NCBI GenBank assembly: GCA_037447605.1 | Contig: CM074808.1 | Coordinates: 558,001-622,000 of the forward strand | Reading direction: 5' to 3' | From: Zygnema circumcarinatum SAG 698-1b | Taxonomy: Eukaryota; Plantae; Zygnematophyceae | DNA length: 64,000 nt | Part shown: piece by piece, positions 42,701 through 54,900 of the stretch | How positions within the stretch are numbered: the first letter of the stretch is position 1 | Layout: each line of letters opens with the position of its first letter | Position numbers and translations under genes: made by a program | The notes under the pieces: model-generated | Seen by the model: the letters and a program-made list of their open reading frames with translations, nothing else | Told to the model about the DNA's origin: nothing | The model's database searches: none

Positions 42701-43440
42701 GGATGGGCATGGCAAGGTGCTGGTTATCTCAAATTCACAGAGCAGAGGGAATGGGAACATAGCGGATACAATCTCAAACCTTGCCTAAGAACTTCTGCTT
42801 TTGAAATTTCATTTCTTAAGGAGTAGAAATAGAATAGACATGTATATACATATATATTTTGTATGAGAATGAATAAAGGATTGCCTAACGATGCAGCTGC
42901 ATTCTCCTTCTAGATCACTTCAGCTCGTCGAATGCGCCGGAGATTTCAGTGGTGCTTGTGAATTCCAGCCAGTTGAACTCACAAATCAGTGTAAGTGTGT
43001 GTGTAATAAGTTCTAAGTGTAGAGTGTCTACGGGCCTCTTGGCACGAAGATAGAACACCACAGTTCCACACGCACGACATGCTCTGTGCTTATATATACA
43101 AATAAAACTGTTGAAATCCGAATAAAGTAGTTCGCAGTGGTCTCCATACAGTTAACCAGAATTGGAATCAGCCTCAAACCCAGCTCGCTACTAAAAGATC
43201 TAGTTCTAACGAACAATATTCAGAACACAAGTACCCTGGAAAAAGGGAAAGGAAAGGAGGGTCATAATCCTGTATTCCTGTGCTCCCTATGCATACGCAT
43301 GAGTATTCATACTTCCCACACGGCAGAAGGAGGACATGGCCTAGGTAGCCTTGTAACTCGAATCTGCGAGACCTCTCCTTACAAACAGCTCCATATGCCC
43401 CTTAACGTTTGACACAAACCAGAATCCCTTCCTCCCGTAC

Positions 43441-45222
43441 TCAAGGCTCGGCTCCCGAGTTATCCCCAGGATGGCGCGGCTTCCTGGGAGGAGCAGGAGC
43501 CAAAACCACCTTTTCCACTTCTGAAGGCCTCCGCTTTGCGGGCTTAGCCAAGGCTGCGGGCACTCTGAACCCCTCGGCCCTATGGGAGGTGTAGGTGTCA
43601 TAGGAAGTATAGGAGCCGACTGAGGAGGGGGACCCTTTATAAACGACAGGCGACCTCTTTCCTCGATCATCAATAGACGCAGCAGGACCAACACTCGCCT
43701 TCCCAGTTTCCACATCAAGTGCAGGATCAACACGCGCCTTTCCTGCTTCCACATCAAGCCGAGTGTTTGATTGCTCAGACTTGCTTCTGGGAAGCTGTGA
43801 AGCTGCGCTTGGAGGCGATTCAGTGGCAGTGATGAGTCTAGTTGGCGTATCAATGTTCCCTGCAATTGAAAACAGGCAGATTAGACCCAAATGTGCTAGT
43901 TCAAAAGCTCAACACAAACAAAAAAAAATGGGAATAGATTCGAGTTGTTACCGTTAGCCAACATGGCTCTGCGACTTGAGGGCCACATGACTTCTGATGG
44001 AGGCCAAACTATCGCGTCAGCGTTTTTCTTGGGGCTCTTGGAAGAGGCCACCATGTCGACGTCCTTTGCAATAATTTTCAAAGGTGCTTCGTAGAACGGC
44101 ACAAAGTGCAGAATAAAGTACACCACGAACAATGCTCCCGCACATGCTCCATACACGCCAATGTAGACCTACATCAGGAAATCACTGCATTGTTTATCAG
44201 ACATATCAGGACAAAACAAGACAACAAAAAAAATCCTCCTCCACAAAACTAAAATTCGACGAAAAGGGCGGGTATATTAAGCAAGACTCCACACCTTTGT
44301 TCCTTTTATAAAGCGACGGTTCCCCTATTGACCAACATGCACATAAATCAGCACGCTCACCCATTGTCTAGAGTCCGCAGTAAGATCGTGATACAGATAT
44401 ATGCCGTTGTAGCTCTCATACCCTGCTGCCAGAATAACCAGGACGCCTAAAAACCTGTGCAGTTTAGACCAGAAGCCTGTGCGTTTGCCACTCGCAGACT
44501 TTCTCCGAAAGCAGATACAGAAGCCGTTTAAGGCGATCAGCAGCAAAACGAAGAGGACAGCTGCGCCAAGCATGCCATGCCGAGACTTGAGCTTATCAAC
44601 ATTTCTAATCTCTGGAATTTTCCAATAGAGAATGCCGCTTCCTCCAACCGCGGCAACGCAAGCCGCAAGCGCCGCGATAAAGTGGAGAGCAGAGAAAAAT
44701 CGCTGTCCCGCTGTGATCAGTGAAAATCTGCAGACGTTGGCAGCAAGCGTTGCTAGAGGCGTCATTTCTAGATCAAACGGATATATGGTGATAAAGGAGG
44801 AGCCTCCATGCAGGACTTATGCAAGAAACAGAAAACTGAATGACTGCTTTACAAAATAAAGTGTGCTAAAATCATCGCACACGCTCCTGTAGTCAATCTG
44901 AGTCGCTCATTTTTTAGAAAAAAAAAACAGAACCTGGAATTTCGTATTGAATCTGGATCCTGATTTCTGATTCAGACAACCGTAAGCTTTGCTCCAGAGT
45001 CCAACGATTATTGCTAGTCCGGATCCTGATTCGCAAAGCATTAGAAACGGTCTTCACATTTGCTTCACTTGAATTATGATTGAAAACAAATAAAGCATAC
45101 CGAATAAAACACCTTATTGACAGAGCTTCTCACCTTCCCAAAACGAGGGAAAGCGGCAAAAATACAGCGAAGGCAGCTGCTGACGCTATTCCATGGAACC
45201 TATACCACCATACTTCATCCAT
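43441..45222 (-). CDS. Cytochrome b561 / ferric reductase-like membrane protein (CYBDOM-type b561 domain without DOMON), 4 exons
   Basis: Exons 45222-45134, 44727-44361, 44168-43952, 43859-43441. Four candidate heme-ligand His in TM helices (YRFHGIA, SALHFI, KSRHGMLG, SKLHRFLG), five hydrophobic helices and a long polar C-terminal tail. Confidence 0.85.
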
Positions 45223-45967
45223 GTTTTGAATATCTCTCTCTCCCTCTCCCTCTCCCTCCTCCCTCTCCTTCTCCTGCTTTCAGATTCCAATTATCTCTCT
45301 ACTCCTCCTATAAGCGACTCTTAAACACTTTTCTATCCAGACTCTAGCCTGCTTACGCTCGATACGGGCACATAATTTGAATAAGTAGCCAATCGCGTTC
45401 AGTCTTCTGCAGATGGCAGCTGCCATGGCTCCCAGCCTGCCACGTGGCATGCCTGCAATTGCCTTGAAAAGAGGAAGTCCAGCCATTGTACGACGCGCCG
45501 CCCCATGGCTCCCAGTCCATGCGCCGGCACGCTGGCAGGCCGACCCGATGCTGCGGACAGGCCCCTGCCTGCCCGCCCGCCCTGCCTGCCTGCCTGCGCG
45601 TGATGGCGACCCCTGAAAGCGACCGCCATGGCCCGGCCTTGCAGGGAGCTGTCCACGCCAGCGCCGCCGCCCTTCTGCTTGGCGGCCCAAAAACAGGAAA
45701 AATCTGAGAAAAATGGGAAAACTGTTCTACGACACGTTCGCATGTAGCTTGGTAAGACTAGTTCCCGTTTCAGTCTTTTAGTTTTTGATTAGTTTCTGCG
45801 CTGACGTTTTATCTACGTCAGTACAGAAACCACGAGAGTCGTCCGGACCCCCTCCTCGCAGTTGCGCACATGGAAGGGCGCGCTGGAACTGGAACCTGGC
45901 TGGTCCTTTTCCATGTGCAATTTCCCGTTCCAGTTTCCTGCAGAAGTTGCGAACGCAGCCCGAATCC

Positions 45968-46235
45968 AATGGTTGGCAATCATTGAATTCCAATGGTTGG
46001 CGACTATTCCATTCCATTCCAATGGTTGGCAACCACTCCATTCCATTCCAATCCATTGGTTGGAAACCATTCCATTCTAATGGTTGGCGACCATTCCATT
46101 CCATTCTATTCCAGTCCATTCCATTCCATTCCATTCCAATGGTTGGCAACCATTTCATTTCATTCCCTTCCATTGGTTGGCAACCATTCCATTCCAATGG
46201 TTGGCAACCATTCCATTCCCTTCCATTGGTTGGAG
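45968..46235. repeat. Array of ~9 AATGGTTGGCAACCATT palindromes separated by (ATTCC)n pentamers
   Basis: Copies start at ~45968, 45992, 46021, 46055, 46079, 46138, 46172, 46196 and 46225. Those at 46138 and 46196 are perfect. Confidence 0.9.
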
Positions 46236-48926
46236 ATGCCCTTTCCATGAAAGCACCTTGTAACGCATGTTCCAATCACGGATCTGCACAGCGTCAAGGT
46301 GCCCACGTGGCAGATTTCATTGGCCCTGTCCCTCCAAACGTGAATCCCAGCCTGCCATTTGGCGGCGTTTTGTCGGTGTTCGTACGCGTAACAACCGTCC
46401 ACTCCCTGGCCGTCGCGTAGCGACATGCCGCCTGCAAGCGCACCGGCCTAGGGCCCTACGGTCAAGGTGCTGGTCCAGTCGTAGCCCTGAGCTGACACGT
46501 GGTCGCCCATCATTCGCCTTTGCCGCGGCCAGTGGTCCAGAGACTGCGGCACCGACACTCTGACACTGGCACGCCAGCAGGGCAGAACTTCATTATGCTC
46601 GGAACTGCTGGGCAGAAAAATATTTATGGGTCCTGTTAGCTGCCCGCCAGCGTAATTGCGCGCCACTATTGGTTCGGACAGGGTAAAAATGGCTTGATTT
46701 TGTTTTGGTCCTGACCGAAGAAGGTTCTGGCTTCCGGGCGGCGAGGCGGTTTTTTGGCAGGAGTTGGACGGTGGCCGACGAACGGTACGGATCGGTGTCA
46801 TGCCGTACGGAGCGTCACCATTCGCCGTCAGATCTCGCCGACGGATTTTTCGGCTGCTAGATGATAAACTGGTCGTTTATGGCCGGTCGGTTTGGGTGCG
46901 GCACAGGAGTGACAGGACCTATACGAAAAAGTTCTTTAGTGCTTTGTACGAATTCATTGTACGAAACTGGCGCAGTTTTCAGTTTCTTCTTATAAACCCA
47001 GTTTTGATCTCCCACAACTAAGTTTTCCATGACGAACTACACTCGGACATCATCCAATGCAGACTCTCCACGTGGGTAAAATTGCCACATGGCGAATCAC
47101 CATTGGTTGATGGACAACTACAGCTCGCGCACGTCAGCAAGGAGTCAATTAGCCGAAAACTGGTGGGGCGAACCCTTGTGTACGGTACAACATTTTGTTT
47201 GCGCGTTCTTGAGTTTTCTGTAAGGTGCCGTACCGTAATTCGAACATTTCCCGAACATTCCGGAACCCGGAACTATTCGAGTACCGTACGCTGGCAATCA
47301 TTCGTGCAGTTCCCACCCCTTTTAAGGGAATCATCATTGGCCGGCGAGCAAGTGGCCGTAATTCAATTCGCGCCGCTTTGGCAGAAGTCTCGCTGCCCCC
47401 TGCCATCTGCCCTCTGCCCCCTGCCCCCTGCCCCCTGCCCCCTGCCCCGCACTTCTCCTTTCTCCTGCCCGCCCGCTCCTCCCTCCGCCCCTCAGTGACA
47501 CCGACACCGACGGACACCTTCGGGTAAAATTTCAAAGTTCAATTTGTTGATTCTACAATTGAACGATTCCTTATTCCACTGGTTCAACCTTCCAGATCGA
47601 AACTACAGCGTCGTCGCACGTGGCGACACCATGTTGCGAATTCCCGATCGCCGCGATCTGAGCCGTCCAATGCTATCCCAACGGCCGTCACAACATGGAG
47701 CGCTATCACAGCTTCGTGGAGTCCACCTGCTGAGTCTTTTACGCAGCTGTTCAAATCTGTACAAAACACGTAAAATTGCCTTTTTCCAGATGTTGATCAG
47801 GTTCGAATCGAGTTCCACCTTCAACCTGTCCCCGGAAAAAAAAAAATTCTTATGCTTGACGTTTAAAATTTTTACAATTCTTACCAAAATAATCTCAGCT
47901 GTACGAAAATTCGCCAATCTGAACTTTCCGGTCCAGTCTTGCCTTGCCCGGATTGGACGGCGACCTGCCCACAAAACATTTCCCACCAACCACGGTCCCT
48001 GCCCGTCCCGTTCCCCTGCCCCTGAATTTTCCGGTCGCCCCTGACCGTCGCCTTCAAGTTGACGTTCCGGAAACTCGGGAGATCCCTCTTCCTGATTGGC
48101 TATTGACCATTTCGACCATTCACAGAGCACCACGTGTAGACTCGGCGCGCTTGGCGGCATCTGTTTAAGCTGCCACCTGTCCAGTCTGGCCGGTGCCGAC
48201 CTGTCAGCTGGCGCCACGTCATCCCCCACTAACTGGCTGGACCCATTTCTTGGCGGCCAGTTGTAAATCAAAAAACTAAAACAAAATAAAAAGAAATAAA
48301 CGAATCGGCGTCGTTTCATCCGACGCTTCAGAGATCACCACGTCATCCAATCCGACGACTGGGATCCCATCTTCATTCCGAACCAGCCAATGGGAGTCCG
48401 GCCTTGGCACAACCAGCAGGACTTGTTGAACAGAATCCAATGGCCGCTCTCCACGTGTACAAATGGGATACATGGCGATCTATAATTGGCTCAGGTTCAA
48501 CAAGTCAACCTTGAACCTTGACCCGTCCTCTGACAGCCTCAGTGCACGTCCCCGCCATCGCCGTGTCCCAAAAACAGCCCATTTTTCGAAATGCGTAGTT
48601 CGCTCAGTAGTTATGCTGGCTTGACCTCCTCACAAAAGTCTGAACGTTTACAAAGATATTTATCGATTCTATTCTTTGTCCATGGGTTGATCCTTGTATT
48701 CCGAGGGCGCTGAAATTTGGGGCTGTTCCGAACCTGTCCCGAGCCTCCGCTTCGCTGCTTCGGAGGGACTGAGCCAGCTGGAAGATCCCTGCTCAGTACG
48801 AGAGGGAGGGAGAGAGAGCGAGCGCGGGGGAGAGGGAGGGAGAGACGGAGGCCCTGGCAGGGGGCGCGAATGTATTGATTGTATTGCAGTATATTGTATT
48901 GGAGAGTGTTGAAGAGAGCGGCAGCC

Positions 48927-51900
48927 ATGAGAGGCTGCCCCAGCTCCAACGGGAAGCTGGCGGCGGCTGTGGCTCTGTGCGCCATATCGGTGCTGGTTCT
49001 CACTGAGGGAGCGGCAGCCGCGTCTGCTAAGAGCAGAGGATGGATGAAGCCATGGAGCTCCTCGGAGGAGCCGGAGTTTTTCGCCGCAAGGAGGCGCATG
49101 CTGGAATCCTATGCGTTTCCTTGTCCTTCCAACCCTCTTGGACAGTGCGCCTTCTACTTCAAAGGATACGAAAAGTCTGTTCCTGTTTTCAGGTGTGTTA
49201 TTCGATGATACAGTTGGCTGGGGGCTTGCTTTACGGTGGGAAGCTTGTACCTAGGCTGCATTGCATTTTCCGATGCAAGTTTCGAAGCAAGGAATGTACC
49301 TTTGACGTGTTTGGTTTATTCTCTCCACCAAAGTAACTCTTCCTGTGTAACTCCGAGAATTAGAAGTTGCGGAGGGCACGTGGCTGCTTTCGGCGGAGTC
49401 TCTGGCCATTTATCGTTCTGGTCTTCGAAAGCGACTTACTGGGATCACATTCGTGACCCCTTGTATAGCACGTTCGAGCTTTATTTTGTCGATTTTTGTT
49501 TTTGCGTTATTGTCAGAATGTATTATTGGAGCCTCTGTTCTAGCTCTGAATCGTCCGTCGTGTTTGTTGCCGCTTTTATTTTTTTTCAGAGACCTTTTCG
49601 GTTTTATTATTTGACTGTTCTCATTCCTTTTTACAGTAAGAAATTGGAGTTGAGATAAGACCGAGCTTATTTCTCATGCAGTTTTCGTCATTGACGTGAA
49701 TAATGAATTTTGATTAGAGCAATGTGTAAAATTAAAAATGAGATGTAGGGAAGTATGTAAGAAAACGTGAACTTCAACTCTACATACTCGCTGGTGCCTG
49801 ATTTACACTAGTCAGGTGAGCTGGGCCTACATGCTGATTAAGCCTGTGCATGTTTGCAGTCTTGATGGGTCTCCTGATACTCCAATCAGTCCTGCTATTG
49901 TCGACTCTCTATCGACTGACGAAGTGGAGGTGGATCAAGCTGGGAACGCAAATTTCCTTTGCCCTCTAATTGGGACTAAGGTGTCTGCCGGAAACCAGTT
50001 CTATGTTTCAAATTTTGGAGGCGACGCCAAGCTTACCTTCCGAGCTTTCAATCAGGTAACTGACTTTATTCTTTAGACGATCAAAATCTTACTTCTGACC
50101 GAGCCTGTCGTATTTTTTCAATTCGATTCGACTGTATTGTTTTTTATTTGTTCGTCATAGTTGACTGCACGTTGTGTGGTCGTTCGTATTAGCGCGCAAT
50201 TGCTTTTGACTCCTTAGTTTTTATATTTCCATGAAGTTCTTTTCCTTTCTGGGTTGTGTCCGTGCGACTTTTAGTCTGTGTCACCATCAGCGATTTACAA
50301 AAGTTTTTACTATCGATGAAACTGTTTATTCAACATTTTTCTCATGTCTTTTGCGGTTTCAGGAACCGAAGGTGTTTTATGAGAACCAGTGCTACGTTCT
50401 GCCGTTGAACGCCATTCAACTGAGATCTTCAAACGGCCAAAACTTCAACCTCAGAGCTGGTGACGGAGTCACAGCCTACCCTGAGCAAAGACGCTGTGTG
50501 GTATTCCAGACAGGGCCAAGTGGGGCTTCCTCCACTTGTGTAAATACTACAACGTTGGCACCGCCTGCCACGCCTGCCATGACGCAACCACCTCCCGCCT
50601 GCCCCGTTTGTCCCCCGCCAACTGCGTATCCTTGCGCTCCGCCTCCTTCTCCTCCGCCTCCCTCACCCCCACCACCGTCTCCTTCGCCCCCTTCTCCTCC
50701 GCCACCGTTCCCACCGCCGCCGTCTCCATCACCACCAACTGGGAGACCTTCTGGTCTAGGAAAAGCTCCGCCTCCAGTCGTAGGTAAGAGCCCGCCACCA
50801 CCATTCTCTCCTTCACCACCACCTTCTCCACCTTTTCCACCTGGTAAAGCACCACCACCATTCCCACCTCCATCTCTTTCACCCCCTCCTCCATCTCCTC
50901 CACCTTCCCCACCCCCATCACCTCCATTCCCTCCTGGGAAGGCACCTCCACCTTCCCCTCCCACACCCCCATCACCACCTCCCCCTTCTCCTCCGCCACC
51001 ATTTCCGTCCCCTCCCCCTCCTTCCCCACCCCCCTTACCACCTTTCCCTCCTGGAAAGGCTCCTCCCCCTTCTCCACCCCCACCCCCATCTCCCCCTCCA
51101 TCCTCTCCCCCCCCACCCTCTCCTCCCCCACCTTTCCCACCACCTCCCCCTTCACCTCCACCATTGCCCCCCTTTCCTCCTGGGAAAGCACCACCTCCTT
51201 CCCCACCACCAAGCCCATCTCCACCACCTCCCTCTCCCCCCCCACCATCCCCGCCCCCTCCTTTCCCTCCCCCTTCACCTCCACCACTACCCCCCTTTCC
51301 TCCTGGGAAAGCACCACCTCCTTCCCCACCACCAAGCCCATCTCCACCACCTCCCTCTCCCCCCCCACCATCCCCTCCCCCTCCTTTCCCTCCCCCTTCA
51401 CCTCCACCACTACCCCCCTTCCCTCCTTCGAAGGCACCACCTCCTTCCCCACCACCAAGCCCATCTCCACCACCTCCGTCTCCCCCCCCACCATTCCCAC
51501 CCCCTCCTTTCCCTCCCCTTCACCTCCACCACTACCCCCCTTCCTCCTGGGAAAGCACCACCTCCTTCCCCACCACCAAGCCCATCTCCACCACCTCCCT
51601 CTCCCCCCCCACCATCCCCGCCCCCTCCTTTCCCTCCCCCTTCACCTCCACCACTACCCCCCTTTCCTCCTGGGAAAGCACCACCTCCTTCCCCACCACC
51701 AAGCCCATCTCCACCACCTCCGTCTCCCCCCCCACCATCCCCGCCCCCTCCTTTCCCTCCCCCTTCACCTCCACCACTACCCCCCTTCCCTCCTGGGAAA
51801 GCACCACCTCCTTCCCCACCACCAAGCACATCTCCACCACCTCCCTCTCCCCCCCCACCATCCCCGCCCCCTCCTTTCCCGCCTCCTTCACCTCCACCAC

Positions 51901-54900
51901 TACCCCCCTTTCCTCCTGGGAAAGCACCACCTCCTTCCCCACCACCAAGCCCATCTCCACCACCTCCGTCTCCCCCCCCACCATTCCCGCCCCCTCCTTT
52001 CCCTCCCCCTTCACCTCCACCTCTACCCCCCTTCCCTCCTGGGAAAGCACCACCTCCTTCCCCACCACCAAGCCCATCTCCACCACCTCCCTCCCCACCC
52101 CCACCATCCCCGCCCCCTCCTTTCCCTCCTCCTTCACCTCCACCACTACCCCCCTTCCCTCCTGGGAAAGCACCACCTCCTTCCCCACCACCAAGCCCAT
52201 CTCCACCACCTCCCTCTCCCCCCCCACCATCCCCGCCCCCTCCTTTCCCTCCCCCCTTCACCTCCACCTCTACCCCCCTTCCCTCCTGGGAAAGCACCAC
52301 CTCCTTCCCCACCACCAAGCCCATCTCCACCACCTCCCTCCCCACCCCCACCATCCCCGCCCCCTCCCTTCCCTCCTCCTTCACCTCCACCACTACCCCC
52401 CTTCCCTCCTGGGAAAGCACCACCTCCTTCCCCACCACCAAGCCCATCTCCACCACCTCCTTCCCCACCCCCACCATCCCCGCCCCCTCCTTTCCCGCCT
52501 CCTTCACCTCCACCACTACCCCCCTTTCCTCCTGGGAAAGCACCACCTCCTTCCCCACCACCAAGCCCATCTCCACCACCTCCCTCCCCACCCCCACCAT
52601 CCCCGCCCCCTCCCTTCCCTCCTCCTTCACCTCCACCACTACCCCCCTTCCCTCCTGGGAAAGCACCACCTCCTTCCCCACCACCAAGCCCATCTCCACC
52701 ACCTCCTTCCCCACCCCCACCATCCCCGCCCCCTCCTTTCCCTCCCCCTTCACCTCCACCACTACCCCCCTTCCCTCCTGGGAAAGCACCACCTCCTTCC
52801 CCACCACCAAGCCCATCTCCACCACCTCCCTCCCCACCCCCACCATCCCCGCCCCCTCCTTTCCCGCCTCCTTCACCTCCACCACTACCCCCCTTTCCTC
52901 CTGGGAAAGCACCACCTCCTTCCCCACCACCAAGCCCATCTCCACCACCTCCGTCTCCACCCCCACCATCCCCGCCCCCTCCTTTCCCTCCCCTTCACCT
53001 CCACCACTACCCCCCTTCCCTCCTGGGAAAGCACCACCTCCTTCCCCACCACCAAGCCCATCTCCACCACCTCCCTCCCCACCCCCACCATCCCCGCCCC
53101 CTCCTTTCCCTCCCCCTTCACCTCCACCACTACCCCCCTTCCCTCCTGGGAAAGCACCACCTCCTTCCCCACCACCAAGCCCATCTCCACCACCTCCGTC
53201 TCCCCCCCCACCATCCCCGCCCCCTCCTTTCCCTCCCCCTTCACCTCCACCTCTAACCCCCTTCCCTCCTGGGAAAGCACCACCTCCTTCCCCACCACCA
53301 AGCCCATCTCCACCACCTCCTTCCCCACCCCCACCATCCCCGCCCCCTCCTTTCCCTCCCCCTTCACCTCCACCACTACCCCCCTTCCCTCCTGGGAAAG
53401 CACCACCTCCTTCCCCACCACCAAGCCCATCTCCACCACCTCCGTCTCCCCCCCCACCATCCCCGCCCCCTCCTTTCCCTCCCCCTTCACCTCCACCACT
53501 ACCCCCCTTCCCTCCTGGGAAAGCACCACCTCCTTCCCCACCACCAAGCCCATCTCCACCACCTCCCTCCCCACCCCCACCATCCCCGCCCCCTCCCTTC
53601 CCTCCTCCTTCACCTCCACCACTACCCCCCTTCCCTCCTGGGAAAGCACCACCTCCTTCCCCACCACCAAGCCCATCTCCACCACCTCCGTCTCCCCCCC
53701 CACCATCCCCGCCCCCTCCTTTCCCTCCCCCTTCACCTCCACCACTACCCCCCTTCCCTCCTGGGAAAGCACCACCTCCTTCCCCACCAGAAGCCCATCT
53801 CCACCACCTCCCTCCCCACCCCCACCATCCCCGCCCCCTCCTTTCCCTCCTCCTTCACCTCCACCACTACCCCCCTTCCCTCCTGGGAAAGCACCACCTC
53901 CTTCCCCACCACCAAGCCCATCTCCACCACCTCCCTCCCCACCCCCACCATCCCCGCCCCCTCCTTTCCCTCCTCCTTCACCTCCACCACTACCCCCCTT
54001 TCCTCCTGGGAAAGCACCACCTCCTTCCCCACCACCAAGCCCATCTCCACCACCTCCCTCCCCCCCCCCACCATCCCCGCCCCCTCCTTTCCCTCCTCCT
54101 TCACCTCCACCACTACCCCCCTTCCCTCCTGGGAAAGCACCACCTCCTTCCCCACCACCAAGCCCATCTCCACCACCTCCTTCCCCACCCCCACCATCCC
54201 CGCCCCCTCCTTTCCCTCCCCCTTCACCTCCACCACTACCCCCCTTCCCTCCTGGAAAAGCACCACCTCCTTCCCCGCCACCAAGCCCATTTCCACCACC
54301 CCCCTCTCCCCCCCCACCATCCCCGCCCCTTCCTTCACCTCCCCCATCACCTCCCCCATCACCTCCACCTCTACCACCTTTCCCTCCTGGTAAGGCACCT
54401 CCTCCTTCACCCCCCCCAAGCCCATTCCCACCCCCTCCCACCCCTCCACCACCATCTCCATTTCCACCTCCACCTGGGAAGCCATCAGGTTTAGGCAGCG
54501 GTCCGCCGCCACTCGTAGGTAAGAATGCCCCTCCACCTTCTCCACCACCTCCTTCCCCACCCCCACCATCCCCGCCCCCTCCCTTCCCTCCTGGGAAGCA
54601 CCACCTCCTTCCCCACCCCCACCATCCCCGCCCCTTCCTTCACCTCCCCCATCACCTCCCCCATCACCTCCCCCATCACCTCCCCCATCACCTCCCCCAT
54701 CACCTCCCCCATCACCTCCCCCTCTTCTCTCTCCATCCCCACCTACTTTCCCTCCATCCTCTCCTTTCCCTCCTGGGAATCCTTCCCCACCACCAAGCCC
54801 ATCTCCACCACCTCCCTCCCCACCCCCACCATCCCCGCCCCCTCCCTTCCCGCCTCCTTCACCTCCACCACTACCCCCCTTTCCTCCTGGGAAAGCACCA

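Noticed and set aside
45968-46235. CRISPR-like array
   Set aside because: Spacers are ATTCC pentamers rather than unique sequence, there are no cas genes, and the context is eukaryotic.
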